From the NCBI GenBank assembly GCA_048937405.1, contig JBHLNF010000008.1:96001-160000 (forward strand): a stretch of DNA of 64,000 nt. The letters are read 5' to 3'. Below the pieces are notes generated by a model. That model worked only from the letters and a program-made list of their open reading frames with translations, was not told the origin of the DNA and did not search any database. Shown piece by piece: positions 61,555 to 64,000 of the stretch. Source of the DNA: Promethearchaeota archaeon. Lineage in GTDB: Archaea; Asgardarchaeota; Lokiarchaeia; Sigyniarchaeales; SOKP01. A program made the position numbers and the translations under genes. The first letter of the stretch is position 1. Each line of letters starts with the position of its first letter.

Positions 61555-62346
61555 ATGAGAAGAATATTAAGGAATGAAGAAAAGAAAGCTATTTCAGAAT
61601 CCAATACGAATGAAATTTTCCACTATTTTGATGATTTTCTAAAACAAATTAACTACGACGGTTATTTTGGTATTGCCAAGTTCTCAAATGTATATAATGA
61701 ATTAATACCTATACAACAGGAAAAATTGAATCAATTATTAGATAATCAAATCAATGAATTTAAACAAACAGGTTCTATAATATCAATAGGAATTTGTTAT
61801 AAACCTGAAATTATTGAATTTATAAATTTAAAGAATTCTGATGGAATTATGGATAAAAATAAATGGAATATATATGCTCAAGAATATAATAATATTAATA
61901 ATCTTTTAATTAAAGTTGGGAAAAAAATAGCAGAAAATTATAATGGTATTTTTATTCAACCCATAACAGGTATTCCAGATGAACAAATTAAGAATGTTCA
62001 TGATTATTACCCACATACAATATCACATAGAGTTGTAGCTGAGCACGCAGGTATTGGTTGGAGAGGTAAAAATGAATTAATAATTACAGAAAAAGATGGT
62101 CCTGCATTACGTTTTGCATCAATCTTAATAAATATTCCATTAATTCAAAATCAAAAACAGATAAGTAAATGCGTTGATTGTACAGATTGCTTGGATGTAT
62201 GTTCAATTCTTAAGAATAAAGAAAAGTTATCTGATTATCGTAATTCATGTCGAAAATATATATTATCTTTAGGATTAATAACTGATGTATGTGGAAAATG
62301 TATTAAAGTGTGTTTAAAAAAATGGCAAAAAATACATAATCATTAA
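61555..62346 (+). CDS. Epoxyqueuosine reductase (QueG)-like Fe-S protein
   Basis: SHRVVAEHAGIGWRGKNELII, GPALRFASIL, CVDCTDCLDVC, CGKCIKVC. Confidence 0.8.
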   Translation: MRRILRNEEKKAISESNTNEIFHYFDDFLKQINYDGYFGIAKFSNVYNELIPIQQEKLNQLLDNQINEFKQTGSIISIGICYKPEIIEFINLKNSDGIMDKNKWNIYAQEYNNINNLLIKVGKKIAENYNGIFIQPITGIPDEQIKNVHDYYPHTISHRVVAEHAGIGWRGKNELIITEKDGPALRFASILINIPLIQNQKQISKCVDCTDCLDVCSILKNKEKLSDYRNSCRKYILSLGLITDVCGKCIKVCLKKWQKIHNH

Positions 62347-62360
62347 GATTTTAGTTATTA

Positions 62361-62612
62361 CTAAATTTTTGAAGAATTTTGCATTTTTTTGAAATAATGA
62401 TGTATATTTTTATCACTTGAGATTTTATCAATATCTTCTTTCTCAGTGATATAAATGTTTGAAATATTGATTTTTTGTCTTAAATTTTGACTAACTTCTC
62501 TTACAACTTGAGAATATAATCTTATATATGAATCTAATGGATTTTTATCTTTTTTATCGTAAATTTGGTTTATTTTTTCTTTCTCTTTTTTAAAATCTTT
62601 TTTTTTTGTCAT
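62361..62612 (-). CDS. Hypothetical protein
   Basis: 83-aa ORF; its 3' end has a diverged copy at about 61411-61510. Confidence 0.5.
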   Translation of the reverse strand: MTKKKDFKKEKEKINQIYDKKDKNPLDSYIRLYSQVVREVSQNLRQKINISNIYITEKEDIDKISSDKNIHHYFKKMQNSSKI

Positions 62613-62934
62613 AATATCTAATTGTGTTTAAATACTCTTATGATATGAAAAAATAATTTAGAATTGTCTAAGTAACTAATTCTCTGAATCATCTTATTAA
62701 GGAATCTGGTAAATTTTTGAAATACTAATCTTCCACAATTGATTTCTAATGAAAAATATTCATTTTTAAAGATAAAAGGAGCAAAATCCAATTATTTTTT
62801 GATTAATATGTGAATGGCATTTTTTTTTTCCTTATTTACTATTGAAATATATATTAAATTTCCTAAAAATAATTGTTATAATAATTGAGGATGTAAGTCA
62901 TTTTAATTTAACAGAGAAAATATATAATTCTCTA

Positions 62935-63591
62935 TTATATTTCAACAAAATCTTCACTTAGAAAATATAATGACCTTTTAGATACTCTTTTCTCAAAAAT
63001 AATATGTAATTGTATAAACATTTCAATATATTTAGTTATAGTACTTATATGCATTTTTAAATCTTTAGATAGTTGAGTTTTTGTAATTCCATAATCAAAT
63101 TTTCTTAAATAATCGATAATTTTTCTACTTTTTTCTTTTGAAGTCAAATATCTTATTTTTTTATCTTTGAGATTATATTTTGAGTCAAAATAAATATCAT
63201 GGTGTTCAATTTTTTCTTTTTTAATAAAATTAAATTTTAATAAAATATTAAGATGCCAAACAACGACATGATTGCTTAATTTAAGTTCACGGACGATTCT
63301 ACTAAAATAGACACCAGGATTATATATTATAAAATCATAAATAAGTTTTCTTTTTTGATTTTTTAAAATATCATCTATAGATAATTTTGAACCTTCAACG
63401 AGTATATTCTTATTAACTAATGACTTTAGAATTTCTTCGATGCCACTAATATTTATATTTTTTGAGGTACTTCTAAAACGAGCAATGATAAAAGGTATTA
63501 TTTCATTTACATTAAAATATCTATTTTTATTTAGATATTCTTTAACAACATCGAAAACCAGCTTTTCTTCTTCTAATAATTCTATAAGCAT
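62935..63591 (-). CDS. Winged-helix DNA-binding protein (multiple wHTH domains)
   Basis: RKLIYDFIIYNPGVYFSRIVRELKLSNHVVVWHLNIL and TKTQLSKDLKMHISTITKYI. Confidence 0.8.
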   Translation of the reverse strand: MLIELLEEEKLVFDVVKEYLNKNRYFNVNEIIPFIIARFRSTSKNINISGIEEILKSLVNKNILVEGSKLSIDDILKNQKRKLIYDFIIYNPGVYFSRIVRELKLSNHVVVWHLNILLKFNFIKKEKIEHHDIYFDSKYNLKDKKIRYLTSKEKSRKIIDYLRKFDYGITKTQLSKDLKMHISTITKYIEMFIQLHIIFEKRVSKRSLYFLSEDFVEI

Positions 63592-63623
63592 ATCTTAGAA
63601 ATCCTCGATTAGTTTCACCAATT

Positions 63624-64000
63624 CTATTCAAAACTTAAAGCTGATTTTTTAATCATTTCATCTAAAATAGATTGTCTCTCTTTGGGAGATAAAGCTAGCA
63701 TTTCCATAATAAATTCACTTTTATCAAAACTCTCCCAATCAAATTGATTCAATTTTTCAAAAAATTCTTCCGAAATCACGGTAATATTTATATCGTTCAT
63801 CAAACTAAGTTTCTCAATAGAATTATTTCCCACAAGTATCTGAAGAGCCGATTTACCATCAAATGGTTCCTCATCAAGACCATTTTCAAATATCTCATTA
63901 AAATATGCATCTCTATCTCTACCTAACTTTTTTGCTACTCCTCTATGTTTTACAAAATATCGCACAGCATAAGCGGAGCTAGCTACAACAGCGCCAATTA
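63624..64000 (-). CDS. C-terminal part of a membrane-anchored protein (partial; starts beyond the right edge)
   Basis: Frame stays open to the window edge: IGAVVASSAYAVRYFVKHRG..., the end of a TM helix followed by a cytoplasmic tail. Confidence 0.65.
   Translation of the reverse strand, partial: IGAVVASSAYAVRYFVKHRGVAKKLGRDRDAYFNEIFENGLDEEPFDGKSALQILVGNNSIEKLSLMNDINITVISEEFFEKLNQFDWESFDKSEFIMEMLALSPKERQSILDEMIKKSALSFE

Noticed and set aside
1582-63926. Short ORFs nested in or antisense to long genes (e.g. 1582, 2134, 5280, 9314, 9492, 13590, 16246, 25966, 44813, 46094, 51292, 56261, 57661, 59901, 63744)
   Set aside because: They overlap well-supported genes and show no motifs; treated as shadow frames
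1-64000. tRNA (including tRNA-Sec), rRNA, transposase or integrase genes
   Set aside because: No GC-rich cloverleaf-like intergenic segment or recombinase motif seen by eye; a tRNAscan-SE or Infernal run would be needed to exclude them fully

Overview
A very AT-rich archaeal genome segment, most likely an Asgard archaeon of the Lokiarchaeia. This assignment is inferred from the longin-domain proteins, an IPGY Loki-CTERM-type anchor, an LRR protein and a selenocysteine VhuU with a eukaryote-like SECIS. The centre of the window is an energy-metabolism island. (i) A group 3c [NiFeSe]-hydrogenase/heterodisulfide reductase operon: mvhG-mvhA-vhuU(Sec; absent from the ORF track)-hdrC-hdrB. (ii) Two divergent Lrp/AsnC regulators with Cys-rich tails whose 3' halves form a near-identical inverted repeat. 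(iii) A System I cytochrome c maturation cluster (ccmC, a hidden ccmD-like ORF, ccmE, ccmB, ccmA, ccmF) bracketed by three homologous exported proteins. These carry a single-cysteine H-x(2-4)-C-H motif instead of CxxCH; one is fused to a His-containing 4-TM cytochrome b-like domain and is followed by GlcD/GlcF-like oxidoreductases. (iv) A second hdrCBA-mvhD-polyferredoxin cluster with a second mvhG and a degenerate VhuU-like ORF, but no large subunit. (v) The maturation genes hypC, hypE, hypD, hypF and cooC. The flanks hold housekeeping genes (ADP-forming acetate-CoA ligase, aminotransferase, cyclophilin, nfi, purF, mobA, fwdA) and Asgard-type hypothetical proteins. No tRNA, rRNA, CRISPR array or mobile element was recognised. 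The best candidate for an undescribed system is the Ccm cluster with its non-canonical single-Cys haem-protein family.
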